The notes under the pieces: generated by a model
What the model was told of the DNA's origin: nothing
Database searches by the model: none
What the model saw: the letters and a program-made list of their open reading frames with translations, nothing else
Source of the DNA: an uncultured Oscillospiraceae bacterium
Lineage (GTDB): Bacteria; Bacillota; Clostridia; Christensenellales; CAG-138
Direction of reading: 5' to 3'
Assembly: GCA_964496795.1 (NCBI GenBank)
Contig: CAZCAV010000002.1
Coordinates: forward strand, 13,900 to 77,899
DNA length: 64,000 nt
Position numbers and translations under genes: made by a program
Shown: in pieces, positions 47,465-56,413 of the stretch
Layout of the letters: each line of letters opens with the position of its first letter
Numbering within the stretch: position 1 is the stretch's first letter

Positions 47465-47875
47465 ATGGAGGATCGTCATATCAGCTATCTTTTAAAGATC
47501 ATTACGGACAAGATACGCACTTCAGCCGATGCGCATCTTAAAAGCCATGGACTGACCATGGCCCAAAGCCGGGTTCTTGCATTTTTGCATAGTCACGGCG
47601 GCGAGGCCTCACAAAAGGAGATCGAAGATTTTCTTGAGGTCGCGCATCCAACGGTCGTTGGGATCGTATCCCGCATGGAAAAGAACGGCTTCGTCAGCTG
47701 TTTCTACGAGCGAGTTTCCAAGATCGTAAGGCTTACAGAAAAGGCTGAGATCATAGGCGAGGATATGGTCAATACTATTTCCGTACAGAACGTGAAGCTT
47801 TTTGCCAACCTTTCAGAAGCTGAGCTCAATGATCTGGAGCGCATGCTTCAGGTGATCTATCACAATTTGAAATAG
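47465..47875 (+). CDS. MarR-family transcriptional regulator
   Basis: Winged-helix core LTMAQSRVLAFLHSHGGEASQKEIEDFLEVAHPTVVGIVSRMEKNGFV. AGGAAAGGAG SD lies before the ATG at 47465. Confidence 0.85.
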   Translation: MEDRHISYLLKIITDKIRTSADAHLKSHGLTMAQSRVLAFLHSHGGEASQKEIEDFLEVAHPTVVGIVSRMEKNGFVSCFYERVSKIVRLTEKAEIIGEDMVNTISVQNVKLFANLSEAELNDLERMLQVIYHNLK

Positions 47876-47901
47876 CAGCTCCAGCCGCCTGTATGGCAGT
47901 A

Positions 47902-47931
47902 TTGTGCGCATGATATGTAGCCTGCTACAAT
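47902..47931 (+). promoter_or_regulatory. Promoter of the ABC exporter pair with a third operator copy, GTAGCCTGCTAC
   Basis: TTGTGC (47902-47907), 18 nt, TACAAT (47926-47931). The palindrome at 47917-47928 overlaps the -10 in the same register as at the marR promoter. Confidence 0.5.
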
Positions 47932-47952
47932 TTGTATAACAGGAGAAATCAA

Positions 47953-49704
47953 ATGATAAAAACTCTTGCAAAGAGTATTCGTGAGTATAAAAAGACTTCT
48001 ATCGCCACGCCGCTGTTGGTGGCGGCGGAGGTCGTATTGGAAATCATCATTCCGCTGCTGATGGCGGATCTGATTGATTACGGTATTGATCAAGGTAACA
48101 TGAACGTCGTCATCAAATATGGTATAGCGCTGCTGATTGCCGCTTTTATCGAGCTGCTTGTCGGCGCATGGGCAGGAAAAACGGCGGCGAGAGCATCCAC
48201 AGGTTTCGCAGCGAATCTACGGGATGACGCATACGACAGCGTACAGAGCTTTTCATTTTCCAATATAGACAGATTCTCCACCGCATCCATTGTAACCCGT
48301 CTTACCACCGACGTGACGAATGTGCAGGCAGCCTATCAAATGATCATTCGCATGGCTTTTCGCGGGCCGCTGATGATGATATTCGCGCTTGTGGTATCGT
48401 TTCGCATAAATGCGGAAATATCGCTAGTATTTCTTGTATGTATTCCCATTTTGGCGGTGGCGCTATACTTTATTATGACCAGGGCGCACCCTATCTTCAC
48501 CCGCGTGTTTGCCACCTACGATAAGCTCAATAACGTGGTACAGGAGGATCTTCGCGGTATCCGCGTAGTGAAATCCTTCTGCCGAGAGGATTATGAAAAA
48601 GATAAGTTTGGCTATATTTCCAAGAAGATTTATACGGACTTTTCCAAGGCGTCCAAGCTGATCTCTCTTAATATGCCGTTGATGCAGTTTTGCATGTATG
48701 CCTGCATGCTGCTTATCGCCTGGTTTGGCGCGCGTGCGATCGTAGCAAGTGGAAACGATCCGGCGCTGGGACTGACGACAGGCCAGTTCATGAGCCTCAT
48801 TACCTATGCTATGCAGATACTCACAAGTCTCATGATGCTCTCTATGGTGTTTGTAATGATTACCATGGCCCGTTCCTCTGCTGAGCGCATTGTGGAGCTT
48901 ATTAATGAAAAGCCGGACATTCAAAACAATGATTCACCCGTTATGACAGTAAGTGACGGCTCCGTCCGTTTTGAAAACGTGAGCTTTCAGTATTCGTCCA
49001 GAGCGTCAAAAATGGTTCTGGAGAATATCAATCTTATCATTGAATCCGGTCAAAGCGTGGGCATTATCGGAGGCACCGGTTCCTCAAAATCCTCTTTGGT
49101 ACAACTTATCCCGCGGCTGTATGATGTGATCTGCGGCCGTGTAACGGTAGGCGGCGTGGATGTTCGAGATTACGATATCGAAAGTTTGCGCAACGCAGTT
49201 GCCATGGTGCTCCAGAAGAACGAACTGTTTTCCGGTACGATCAAGGAAAACTTGCGTTGGGGAAATGAGAATGCTTCGGACGATGATCTTCGCCTTGCCT
49301 GTAAGCTGGCGCAGGCAGACGGTTTTATTGAAACGCTTCCAGACGGATACAACACGCATATCGAGCAGGGAGGAGCCAATGTGTCCGGCGGGCAAAAGCA
49401 AAGGCTGTGCATAGCCCGCGCGCTTCTTAAAAAGCCCAAGATACTCATTCTGGACGATTCCACCTCGGCGGTGGATACGCGGACCGACGCTCTCATTCAA
49501 AAGTCATTTTCCGAGTATATTCCGGAAACGACAAAGATCATAATCGCTCAGCGCATATCCTCTGTGCAAAGCTGCGATGCGATCGCGGTGATGGAGAGCG
49601 GAAAGCTTGCGGCTGTGGGAACGCATGAAACACTGCTTGAAAGCTGCAGCATCTATCGTGAAGTATATGTGTCTCAGCAGAAAGGCGGCGAAGAAGATGC
49701 GTAA
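47953..49704 (+). CDS. ABC exporter, fused permease/ATPase (heterodimer half 1)
   Basis: Six-TM exporter domain, Walker [10 protein letters not shown], signature [14 protein letters not shown], Walker B ILILDD. Confidence 0.9.
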   Translation: MIKTLAKSIREYKKTSIATPLLVAAEVVLEIIIPLLMADLIDYGIDQGNMNVVIKYGIALLIAAFIELLVGAWAGKTAARASTGFAANLRDDAYDSVQSFSFSNIDRFSTASIVTRLTTDVTNVQAAYQMIIRMAFRGPLMMIFALVVSFRINAEISLVFLVCIPILAVALYFIMTRAHPIFTRVFATYDKLNNVVQEDLRGIRVVKSFCREDYEKDKFGYISKKIYTDFSKASKLISLNMPLMQFCMYACMLLIAWFGARAIVASGNDPALGLTTGQFMSLITYAMQILTSLMMLSMVFVMITMARSSAERIVELINEKPDIQNNDSPVMTVSDGSVRFENVSFQYSSRASKMVLENINLIIESGQSVGIIGGTGSSKSSLVQLIPRLYDVICGRVTVGGVDVRDYDIESLRNAVAMVLQKNELFSGTIKENLRWGNENASDDDLRLACKLAQADGFIETLPDGYNTHIEQGGANVSGGQKQRLCIARALLKKPKILILDDSTSAVDTRTDALIQKSFSEYIPETTKIIIAQRISSVQSCDAIAVMESGKLAAVGTHETLLESCSIYREVYVSQQKGGEEDA

Positions 49705-51619
49705 AGGAAACGATACCATGTCCACCGGAGAAATGAAGATGGAAAGGATCAATCCGGTCACGGTCAAGCGACTCATGGGCTATTTGAAGCCATATCGCGG
49801 CAAGCTTATATTGGTGACGGCCTGTATCGTACTTTCTGCCATTGTCAGCGTCCTGTCCTCGCTGTTTCTGCAGACGCTCATCGACGACTACATTACGCCG
49901 CTGCTCATCGCGGCTGTGCCTGATTTTTCCGGCCTGATGCGTATTATTCTCATTATGGGCGGCGTTTACTGTACAGGCGCTCTGGCCAGTCTGATCTATA
50001 ACCGTGTTATGGTGTCCGTAGCGCAGGGCACGCTTAAGCGCATCCGCGACACGATGTTCGGCAATATGCAGTCTCTGCCATTAAAATACTTTGACACACA
50101 TACTCACGGCGATGTAATGAGCTGCTACACCAATGACACCGATACTCTCAGGCAAATGATCGCGCAGTCGCTGCCGCAGATCATTTCCTCCGCTATTACC
50201 ATCGTCGCCGTATTTCTTGCCATGCTGTATGTGAGCGTTTGGCTGACCGCCGTCGTCCTTGCTTTCATTGTCATCATGCTGGCTGTGATCAGCAGAATCG
50301 CTGGAAAAAGTGGAAGCTTTTTTATCGCTCAGCAGGATTCTCTCGGAGATCTAAACGGCTATGTAGAGGAGATGGTCAACGGACAAAAGGTGGTCAAGGT
50401 GTTCTGCCATGAAGAGAAATCCAAGGAAATCTTTCGCAAGAAAAACCGTATTTGGCGGGAAAACTCCACCTTTGCCAATGCCTATGCCAACATACTGATG
50501 CCCATAATGAATGCGCTGGGATATTTGCTGTATATCGTCATATCTATCGTTGGCGGCTATATGGCCATTACCGGAGCCGAAAATTTCTCGCTTGCCGGAT
50601 TCAATACGCTGACGCTCGGTATGATCGCTTCCTTCCTGACGCTTACCCGAAGCTTCACGAATCCGGTGTCTCAGGTTTCCAATCAGCTTAACTCCATTAT
50701 CATGGCGCTGGCAGGAGCCACCCGCATTTTCGCGCTGATGGATGAAGAACCGGAAACAGACGACGGCTATGTAACATTGGTTAACGCAGAGCTCGTGGAC
50801 GGTGAGATTCGGGAAACCGATCTTCATACGGGTCTCTGGGCGTGGAAGCACCCTCATAGCGACGGTACGCTGACCTATACGCAGCTCAGGGGCCGCATCG
50901 TTATGGAAAACGTGGATTTCGGCTATACACCGGATAAGCTGGTGCTGCACGATATTTCCATCTATGCCGAGCCCGGCGAAAAGGTAGCTCTGGTTGGCGC
51001 AACAGGAGCAGGCAAGACGACTATCACAAATCTGATCAATCGTTTTTACAGTATTGCGGATGGAAAGATCCGCTATGACGGTATCAATATCAACAAGATC
51101 AAAAAGGCGGATCTCAGAAGAAGCCTCGGCGTGGTTCTGCAGGATGTAAACCTCTTTACTGGGACGGTTATGGATAATATCCGTTACGGCAAGCTGGATG
51201 CTACCGACGAGGAATGTATAGCCGCAGCCAAGCGCGCCAATGCCGACGGCTTCATCCAGATGCTGCCTCAAGGCTATGACACGGTGCTCTCCGGCGACGG
51301 CAGTGGGCTTTCCCAGGGCCAGAGGCAGCTTGTTTCAATCGCACGCGCAGCCGTGGCCGATCCGCCGGTGATGATACTGGACGAGGCGACAAGCTCCATT
51401 GACACCCGCACTGAATCCATCGTGCAGAGAGGTATGGATGCGTTGATGGAGGGGAGGACGGTGTTTGTCATCGCTCACCGGCTATCTACGGTCAAGAACA
51501 GCGACGTGATCATCGTACTGGAAAATGGGCGCATCATTGAGCGCGGAAGCCATAACCGGCTCATTGAGAAGAAGGGGAAATACTATCAGCTGTACACCGG
51601 CGCATTTGAGCTGGAGTAA
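49697..51619 (+). CDS. ABC exporter, fused permease/ATPase (heterodimer half 2)
   Basis: Walker [10 protein letters not shown], signature [14 protein letters not shown], Walker [10 protein letters not shown]. The ATG overlaps the upstream gene by 8 nt. Confidence 0.9.
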   Translation: MRKGNDTMSTGEMKMERINPVTVKRLMGYLKPYRGKLILVTACIVLSAIVSVLSSLFLQTLIDDYITPLLIAAVPDFSGLMRIILIMGGVYCTGALASLIYNRVMVSVAQGTLKRIRDTMFGNMQSLPLKYFDTHTHGDVMSCYTNDTDTLRQMIAQSLPQIISSAITIVAVFLAMLYVSVWLTAVVLAFIVIMLAVISRIAGKSGSFFIAQQDSLGDLNGYVEEMVNGQKVVKVFCHEEKSKEIFRKKNRIWRENSTFANAYANILMPIMNALGYLLYIVISIVGGYMAITGAENFSLAGFNTLTLGMIASFLTLTRSFTNPVSQVSNQLNSIIMALAGATRIFALMDEEPETDDGYVTLVNAELVDGEIRETDLHTGLWAWKHPHSDGTLTYTQLRGRIVMENVDFGYTPDKLVLHDISIYAEPGEKVALVGATGAGKTTITNLINRFYSIADGKIRYDGININKIKKADLRRSLGVVLQDVNLFTGTVMDNIRYGKLDATDEECIAAAKRANADGFIQMLPQGYDTVLSGDGSGLSQGQRQLVSIARAAVADPPVMILDEATSSIDTRTESIVQRGMDALMEGRTVFVIAHRLSTVKNSDVIIVLENGRIIERGSHNRLIEKKGKYYQLYTGAFELE

Positions 51620-51632
51620 GCAACGAAGCGCT

Positions 51633-51668
51633 GTAAGCGCCCGGCCTAAATGATTGCCGGGCGCTTAC
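51633..51668 (+). terminator. Intrinsic-terminator-like hairpin after the ABC exporter pair
   Basis: Perfect 13-bp stem GTAAGCGCCCGGC/GCCGGGCGCTTAC with a 10-nt loop, 14 nt after the stop. The trailing U-tract is weak (ATATTCTG). Confidence 0.65.
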
Positions 51669-51760
51669 ATATTCTGAAGGAGGAATCACATTTCTGTATA
51701 GCCTGCCGACGCAACATAAGGTATAGAGTTTTCGTTCTATGAATATTGAACAATTCAGCT

Positions 51761-51789
51761 TTGTCAATGAGGAGCTTTTGTGATACACT
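51761..51789 (+). promoter_or_regulatory. Sigma-A-like promoter for proC (TTGTCA, 17 nt, TACACT)
   Basis: -35 at 51761-51766 and -10 at 51784-51789, about 30 nt before the ATG at 51819. Confidence 0.45.
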
Positions 51790-51818
51790 GTGTGGCAAAC
51801 ATGAGAGGGATGATCATT

Positions 51819-52625
51819 ATGCTGCATTTTGGCGTTATTGGCACTGGAAATATGGGAGAAGCGCTGCTGCGCTGCGCGCTGAACAGCAAGTCGGTACAGG
51901 CGAAAAGCACGGCGATATTCGATACCAATGCGGAAAAGTCTGCAAGGCTGCGCCAAGAGCTGGGCGTAAGTGCAGCCGAATCTATGGAGACGCTGCTTGC
52001 CAACAGCGATATCCTGCTGTTGGCTGTCAAGCCAAACGTATGCGAAAGCCTATTCAACCGATATCGCGCAGGATTTTCCGGAAAGGCCCTGATTTCGGTG
52101 GTAGCCGGTTGGAATCGGGAAAGGCTGTTTGAATGCCTGCCAAACGATACGCGCATTCTGCGCATCATGCCGAATACGCCCGCACTGGTGGGGGAGGGCA
52201 TGATCGTATTTGAAAAAGGCGATACGCTTTTACCTGAGGAAAAGGAATTTGCTACAAAATTGTTTTCTGCCGCCGGTGTGACGGAAGCGGTGGAGCCATG
52301 GCTCATTAACGCCGTGACGGGCGTCAGCGGCAGCGGGCCTGCGTATGCCTATGTGTTTATCGAAGCGCTTGCCGATGCCGCCGTGCGCGAAGGCCTGCCA
52401 CGGAGTCTGGCCTATCGATTGGCGGCTCAAACCTTGCTTGGCTCAGCAAAAATGGTTATGGAAACCGGGCGGCATCCGGGCGACCTGAAGGACATGGTGT
52501 GTTCGCCCTCCGGAACCACAATAGAAGCGGTGGCCTCCTTGGAAGAGCATGGATTTCGCAATGCTATTATGCAGGCGGTGCGTGCATGCTGCAAACGCTC
52601 CGAAGAAATGTCGCACAATATATAA
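51819..52625 (+). CDS. proC: Pyrroline-5-carboxylate reductase
   Basis: FGVIGTGNMGEA NADP motif, PNTPALVGEG, SPSGTTIEA. GAGAGGGA SD. Confidence 0.9.
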   Translation: MLHFGVIGTGNMGEALLRCALNSKSVQAKSTAIFDTNAEKSARLRQELGVSAAESMETLLANSDILLLAVKPNVCESLFNRYRAGFSGKALISVVAGWNRERLFECLPNDTRILRIMPNTPALVGEGMIVFEKGDTLLPEEKEFATKLFSAAGVTEAVEPWLINAVTGVSGSGPAYAYVFIEALADAAVREGLPRSLAYRLAAQTLLGSAKMVMETGRHPGDLKDMVCSPSGTTIEAVASLEEHGFRNAIMQAVRACCKRSEEMSHNI

Positions 52626-52631
52626 TATATT

Positions 52632-53078
52632 ATGAAGAAGAGGGTGGAGATATATACAGACGGCGCCTGCTCCGGAAATCCGGGAGCTGGCGGCTGGGCT
52701 GCAATTTTGCTGTACAAAACGCATGAGAAGGCAGTGAGCGGCGGCACACCGCACACAACGAACAACCGCATGGAGCTTATGGCAATCATTGAAGCGCTGA
52801 AGCTCGTAAAAGAATCCTGCGAGATTACAGTGTATTCCGACAGTGCGTACGTTTGTAACGCATTTTTAAAGCATTGGATCGATAACTGGCAAGCCAATGG
52901 CTGGAAAACAACGTCAAAGAAGGACGTGGAAAATAAGGATCTATGGCGGCAGCTGCTGGAGCAAATGCAGCCGCACAAGCTGCTCTATAAAAAAGTTGCC
53001 GGTCATGCGGACAATGAATATAACAATCGCTGTGACAAGCTCGCTCGCGAGGCCGCCAGAAAGGCGTCTGAGAAATAG
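52632..53078 (+). CDS. rnhA: Ribonuclease HI
   Basis: 148 aa: YTDGACSGNPGAGGWA, TNNRMEL, DS.Y, KVAGHADNEYNNRCDKLA. Confidence 0.9.
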   Translation: MKKRVEIYTDGACSGNPGAGGWAAILLYKTHEKAVSGGTPHTTNNRMELMAIIEALKLVKESCEITVYSDSAYVCNAFLKHWIDNWQANGWKTTSKKDVENKDLWRQLLEQMQPHKLLYKKVAGHADNEYNNRCDKLAREAARKASEK

Positions 53079-53099
53079 GGAAATATGAACAATTTATCA

Positions 53100-53137
53100 A
53101 TATCTTTTCGTTAAACTTGTCTTTAACGAAAAGATAT
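53100..53137. repeat. Perfect 16-bp inverted repeat with 6-bp spacer: ATATCTTTTCGTTAAA-CTTGTC-TTTAACGAAAAGATAT
   Basis: Arms at 53100-53115 and 53122-53137 are exact reverse complements. The site lies 14 nt upstream of the recombinase ATG. It overlaps a possible promoter (TTGTCT 53117-53122, 17 nt, TATCAT 53140-53145) that would give a nearly leaderless mRNA. Confidence 0.6.
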
Positions 53138-53151
53138 GTTATCATATCCCT

Positions 53152-54201
53152 ATGGTTACGAATGAATTTCAGTCTCGGAAACGCAGCGTTTACACTCTCA
53201 AAATCCGCGGGATACAAGCGGAGCTCCCGCCGTTCTGCGCATCGTTCTTTCGCAGCATAGAGAATTCCACCTCCATATTGACGCGCTATGCGTATGCGGT
53301 TGATCTGCGCGGCTTTTTTCATTATCTCGTAAACGAATCGGAGCTGTTCTCAGGCCGCGAGGTCCTCTCCCTCACTTTGGACGATCTGGACCGAATCAAG
53401 GCCGTGCATCTCGAAATCTATCTTGAGCAGATGTCCTTATATTATAAAGACGAACGAGAGATCGTCAATCAGGAACGGGCCAAAGCACGAAAGCTCTCGA
53501 CTCTGCGTTCGTTTTTTAAGTATTATTTTCAGCAGGAACTCATTACTGCAAATGTTGCCTCGCTTTTGAACACGCCAAAGCTTCATGAAATAGCCATCAT
53601 TCGCCTCGAGCCCAACGAGGTGGCGGATTTATTGGATATGGCGGAAAGCGGTGAAGGTCTGACCGAGCGTCAAAAGCAGTACCATCGCAATACGCGTGTG
53701 CGCGACGTTGCCATTCTGACGTTGTTTCTCGGCACCGGAATCCGCATCAGCGAGCTGGTTGGCATTGATATGGACGATCTGGATTTCGATAATCACGAAT
53801 TTATAGTATTTCGTAAGGGCGGCGCGCAGGAGATCCTGGCATTTGGCGACGAAGTTCATGCGGCGCTTTGGGCCTATCTGGAGGAGCGTAAGGCGATCAT
53901 GCCAATCGCAGGACATGAAAAGGCTCTGTTTCTTTCCTCACAAAGAAAACGCATTACAGCGCGCGCCGTAGAATATCTGGTTAAAAAATATGCTTCCGTG
54001 GCTACGCCATTAAAAAAGATCACGCCACACAAGCTCAGAAGCACCTATGGGACGATGCTCTACCGTGAAACAAAGGATATCTATCTGGTAGCGGACGTGC
54101 TTGGCCATAAGGATGTCAATACCACCAAAAAGCATTATGCGGCGCAATCCGAGGACAATCGCCGCATTGCCGCAAAAAGCATAAAGCTGCGCGAGGACTA
54201 A
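53152..54201 (+). CDS. Tyrosine site-specific recombinase, long XerS-like architecture
   Basis: 349 aa with a complete catalytic set: R (GTGIRISEL), K (FRKGG), HxxR (PHKLRST), H (LGHKDV), Y (KKHY). The extended N-terminal SAM-like domain is collinear with my recollection of streptococcal XerS. Confidence 0.85.
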   Translation: MVTNEFQSRKRSVYTLKIRGIQAELPPFCASFFRSIENSTSILTRYAYAVDLRGFFHYLVNESELFSGREVLSLTLDDLDRIKAVHLEIYLEQMSLYYKDEREIVNQERAKARKLSTLRSFFKYYFQQELITANVASLLNTPKLHEIAIIRLEPNEVADLLDMAESGEGLTERQKQYHRNTRVRDVAILTLFLGTGIRISELVGIDMDDLDFDNHEFIVFRKGGAQEILAFGDEVHAALWAYLEERKAIMPIAGHEKALFLSSQRKRITARAVEYLVKKYASVATPLKKITPHKLRSTYGTMLYRETKDIYLVADVLGHKDVNTTKKHYAAQSEDNRRIAAKSIKLRED

Positions 54202-54206
54202 AAGCG

Positions 54207-54461
54207 TTATATCGGCCGTTTTATGCTGCGGCAGTCAGTCAGTGTGCGCGCTTTGAAGCTTTGTTTTTTATGTTCGGCAACAAGATCGGCATATTCCTCT
54301 GAGCCGCTATCCACCAGATAGTCATCGCCGGTATATACGGCGTCGATCCGGATTTCTGCATAATCCTCACCCGCCTTCGGTTCAAGACACTTGAAGCAAT
54401 TATCGCAGATTTTGTTTGGATCCAGATCGCAACGGTCGTCATCCGTAATTCTTTTATTCAT
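54207..54461 (-). CDS. Small acidic Cys-motif protein, unknown function, likely SOS-controlled
   Basis: 84 aa from the ATG at 54461, with SD AGGAATCGAGG upstream. Motif C-x8-C-x2-C-x2-C (CDLDPNKICDNCFKC) and a very acidic middle region. A LexA box lies 18 nt upstream. Confidence 0.45.
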   Translation of the reverse strand: MNKRITDDDRCDLDPNKICDNCFKCLEPKAGEDYAEIRIDAVYTGDDYLVDSGSEEYADLVAEHKKQSFKARTLTDCRSIKRPI

Positions 54462-54478
54462 TTTTGCCTCGATTCCTG

Positions 54479-54492
54479 CGAACAAATGTTTC
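54479..54492. promoter_or_regulatory. LexA (Cheo/SOS) box CGAACAAATGTTTC
   Basis: Exact match to the Firmicute consensus CGAACRNRYGTTYC. It lies between the divergent small gene and lexA and overlaps the -35 region of the lexA promoter. Confidence 0.7.
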
Positions 54493-54508
54493 TTTTATTT
54501 TGTTCACA

Positions 54509-54517
54509 TGTTATAAT
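54509..54517 (+). promoter_or_regulatory. Extended -10 (TGTTATAAT) of the lexA promoter
   Basis: TGnTATAAT at 54509-54517, 36 nt before the lexA ATG. The -35 is weak (TTTCTT) and overlaps the SOS box. Confidence 0.45.
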
Positions 54518-54541
54518 ACCCAAATAGGACGCGTTTGTCCA
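54513..54541 (-). promoter_or_regulatory. Possible divergent promoter for the small Cys-motif gene (TGGACA, 17 nt, TATTAT on the minus strand)
   Basis: -35 at 54536-54541 and -10 at 54513-54518, read on the minus strand. This would place the SOS box just downstream of the TSS. Confidence 0.35.
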
Positions 54542-54552
54542 TGAGGTGACGC

Positions 54553-55176
54553 ATGAGAAAGCTGCCTGACCCGCAAGCGGAAATACTGGACTTTATCATA
54601 GACTATGCCAAGGAGCATGCGTATCCCCCCTCCGTTCGCGAAATCTGTGCCGGCGTGGGTCTGAGCTCTACGGCTACGGTTCACACGCATCTGAGAAATC
54701 TTCAGCAGAAGGGCCTCATTGAACGGGACAAGAGCAAGCAACGCTCCATTCGTGTCGCCGAGGAGTTCGCCGCGCCTTATTCTCTGGACAGCATACCACT
54801 TGTAGGCCGCGTGGCTGCCGGCAGTCCCGTACTGGCAGTAGAAAATGTTGAGGACAGTTTCCCTTTGCCGGCGGTACTCACGCACGGCAGTTTGCCCGAA
54901 GAGACCTTTATGCTCCGCGTTGAAGGCGACAGCATGATCGACGCCGGCATTCGCAGCGGCGACCTGTTGGTCGTGCGGCATTTGCCGGATTGCGAGGATG
55001 GCGACATTGTCGTTGCCCGCGTGCAGAAGGATGCCGTGACCGTTAAGCGACTGTTTCGCGAAAAAAACTGCATACGCCTCCAGCCAGAAAACGAACTGTA
55101 CGAGCCCATTTGCATGCCCTATGAGGAAGTGGAGATCGTAGGCAAGGTTATCGGACTGATGCGCTCCCTGCGCTGA
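54553..55176 (+). CDS. lexA: LexA repressor
   Basis: N-terminal winged helix (YPPSVREICAGVGLSSTATVHTHL), AG cleavage site (VAAGSP), and S24 peptidase Ser (GDSM) and Lys (VKR) motifs. Confidence 0.95.
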   Translation: MRKLPDPQAEILDFIIDYAKEHAYPPSVREICAGVGLSSTATVHTHLRNLQQKGLIERDKSKQRSIRVAEEFAAPYSLDSIPLVGRVAAGSPVLAVENVEDSFPLPAVLTHGSLPEETFMLRVEGDSMIDAGIRSGDLLVVRHLPDCEDGDIVVARVQKDAVTVKRLFREKNCIRLQPENELYEPICMPYEEVEIVGKVIGLMRSLR

Positions 55177-56413
55177 GCAGCGCGTCGGCAGCCAGCATAG
55201 CGGCGATACGCGCGTGCGCATAGCTGAGAGCTCCCTGCACATAGGCCGTATACGGCTCGCTCATGGGCCCGTCGGCGCTGAGCTCCGAGGTAGCGCCCTG
55301 CACGAACGCGCCAGCCGCCATAATCACGGGCACATCATAGCCCGGCATATCCCACGGCTCCGGCGTAACGAAGCTGTCCACCGGGGACGCCATTTGAATT
55401 GACCGGCAGAATGCGGTCAATGCTTCAGGCGCCTCAAAGCGAACGGCCTGAATGATATCATATCTTGGCGCACGGCTGTCCGGCATAGTTTTCATTCCCA
55501 GACGCTCGAACACGCGTGCAAACAGCGCCGCTCCCATAACCGCCTGCGCGGTTGTATGGGGCGCCATAAATAAGCCCTGATAAAATAAACGGTAATCGCC
55601 CGCATAGGAGCCGACCTCAGCGCCCATACCCGGAACTGTCAATCGCTGCGCGATCCTTTCGATACAATCACTGCGCCCGGCGGCATAGCCGCCTGTTGGC
55701 GCCAATCCACCGCCTGGGTTCTTAATGAGCGAGCCGGCGATCAGATCGGCCCCAGTCACAGTAGGTTCCCGCGCTTGCGTGAATTCGCCGTAGCAATTAT
55801 CCACCATGACGACCAGGTCCTCACGTTCCGCCTTTAGCGCGGCGAAGGCCTCCCCCATCGCCTCGCACGAAAACGCTTCGCGCCAGGCATAGCCGCGTGA
55901 GCGCTGCGCATATACTATGCGAATGCTCGGATTCTTTTCCAGCGCGCGCAGGCAGTCTGAAAGCGCAATGCCTCCATCCTCCGCCAACGGGATACATTCA
56001 AACGATATCCCCAGGCTTTTGAGCGAATTAGGCGCATGGCCGGTAAGTCCCACGGCCTGCTCAAGCGTATCGTACGGACGTCCGGTAATGCTGAGAATCG
56101 TATCACCGGGCTCTGATATTCCCGCCAACGCTGTGAACAGGGCATGCGTACCGTTGACAAATTGCGGGCGCACAAGAGCGCACTCGGCCTGCATTGCGCC
56201 GGCAAATACGCGATCAAGGGTATCTCTCCCGATATCGTCATAGCCGTAGCCGGTCGTAGGCGCAAAATGCCGTGTGGATACGCGTTCCTTCCAGAATGCT
56301 TCCAGCACTCTTGTCTGAGTCAGCATCTCTGTCGCAGCCGTGCGTGAAAACACATCTGTAAGGTCATGCTCCGCCGTCCACACCAGTTCGCGTGCTCTGT
56401 CAGAAATTTTCAT
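55148..56413 (-). CDS. YnbB-type methionine-gamma-lyase-family PLP protein (aluminium-resistance-protein family)
   Basis: Begins MKISDRARELVWTAE with SD GGAGGCGGAG. SLIKNPGGGLAPTGGY motif. The conserved miaA-ynbB-lexA neighbourhood supports it. The 90-codon upstream extension was rejected. Confidence 0.8.
   Translation of the reverse strand: MKISDRARELVWTAEHDLTDVFSRTAATEMLTQTRVLEAFWKERVSTRHFAPTTGYGYDDIGRDTLDRVFAGAMQAECALVRPQFVNGTHALFTALAGISEPGDTILSITGRPYDTLEQAVGLTGHAPNSLKSLGISFECIPLAEDGGIALSDCLRALEKNPSIRIVYAQRSRGYAWREAFSCEAMGEAFAALKAEREDLVVMVDNCYGEFTQAREPTVTGADLIAGSLIKNPGGGLAPTGGYAAGRSDCIERIAQRLTVPGMGAEVGSYAGDYRLFYQGLFMAPHTTAQAVMGAALFARVFERLGMKTMPDSRAPRYDIIQAVRFEAPEALTAFCRSIQMASPVDSFVTPEPWDMPGYDVPVIMAAGAFVQGATSELSADGPMSEPYTAYVQGALSYAHARIAAMLAADALLSAGSASVR

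Noticed and set aside
53079-54206. Recombinase as the integrase of an integrated mobile element or prophage.
   Set aside because: The flanking genes (rnhA, proC, lexA) are housekeeping. There are no phage, transposase or conjugation genes, no adjacent tRNA and no flanking direct repeats. A chromosomal Xer-type role fits better, but this remains unproven.
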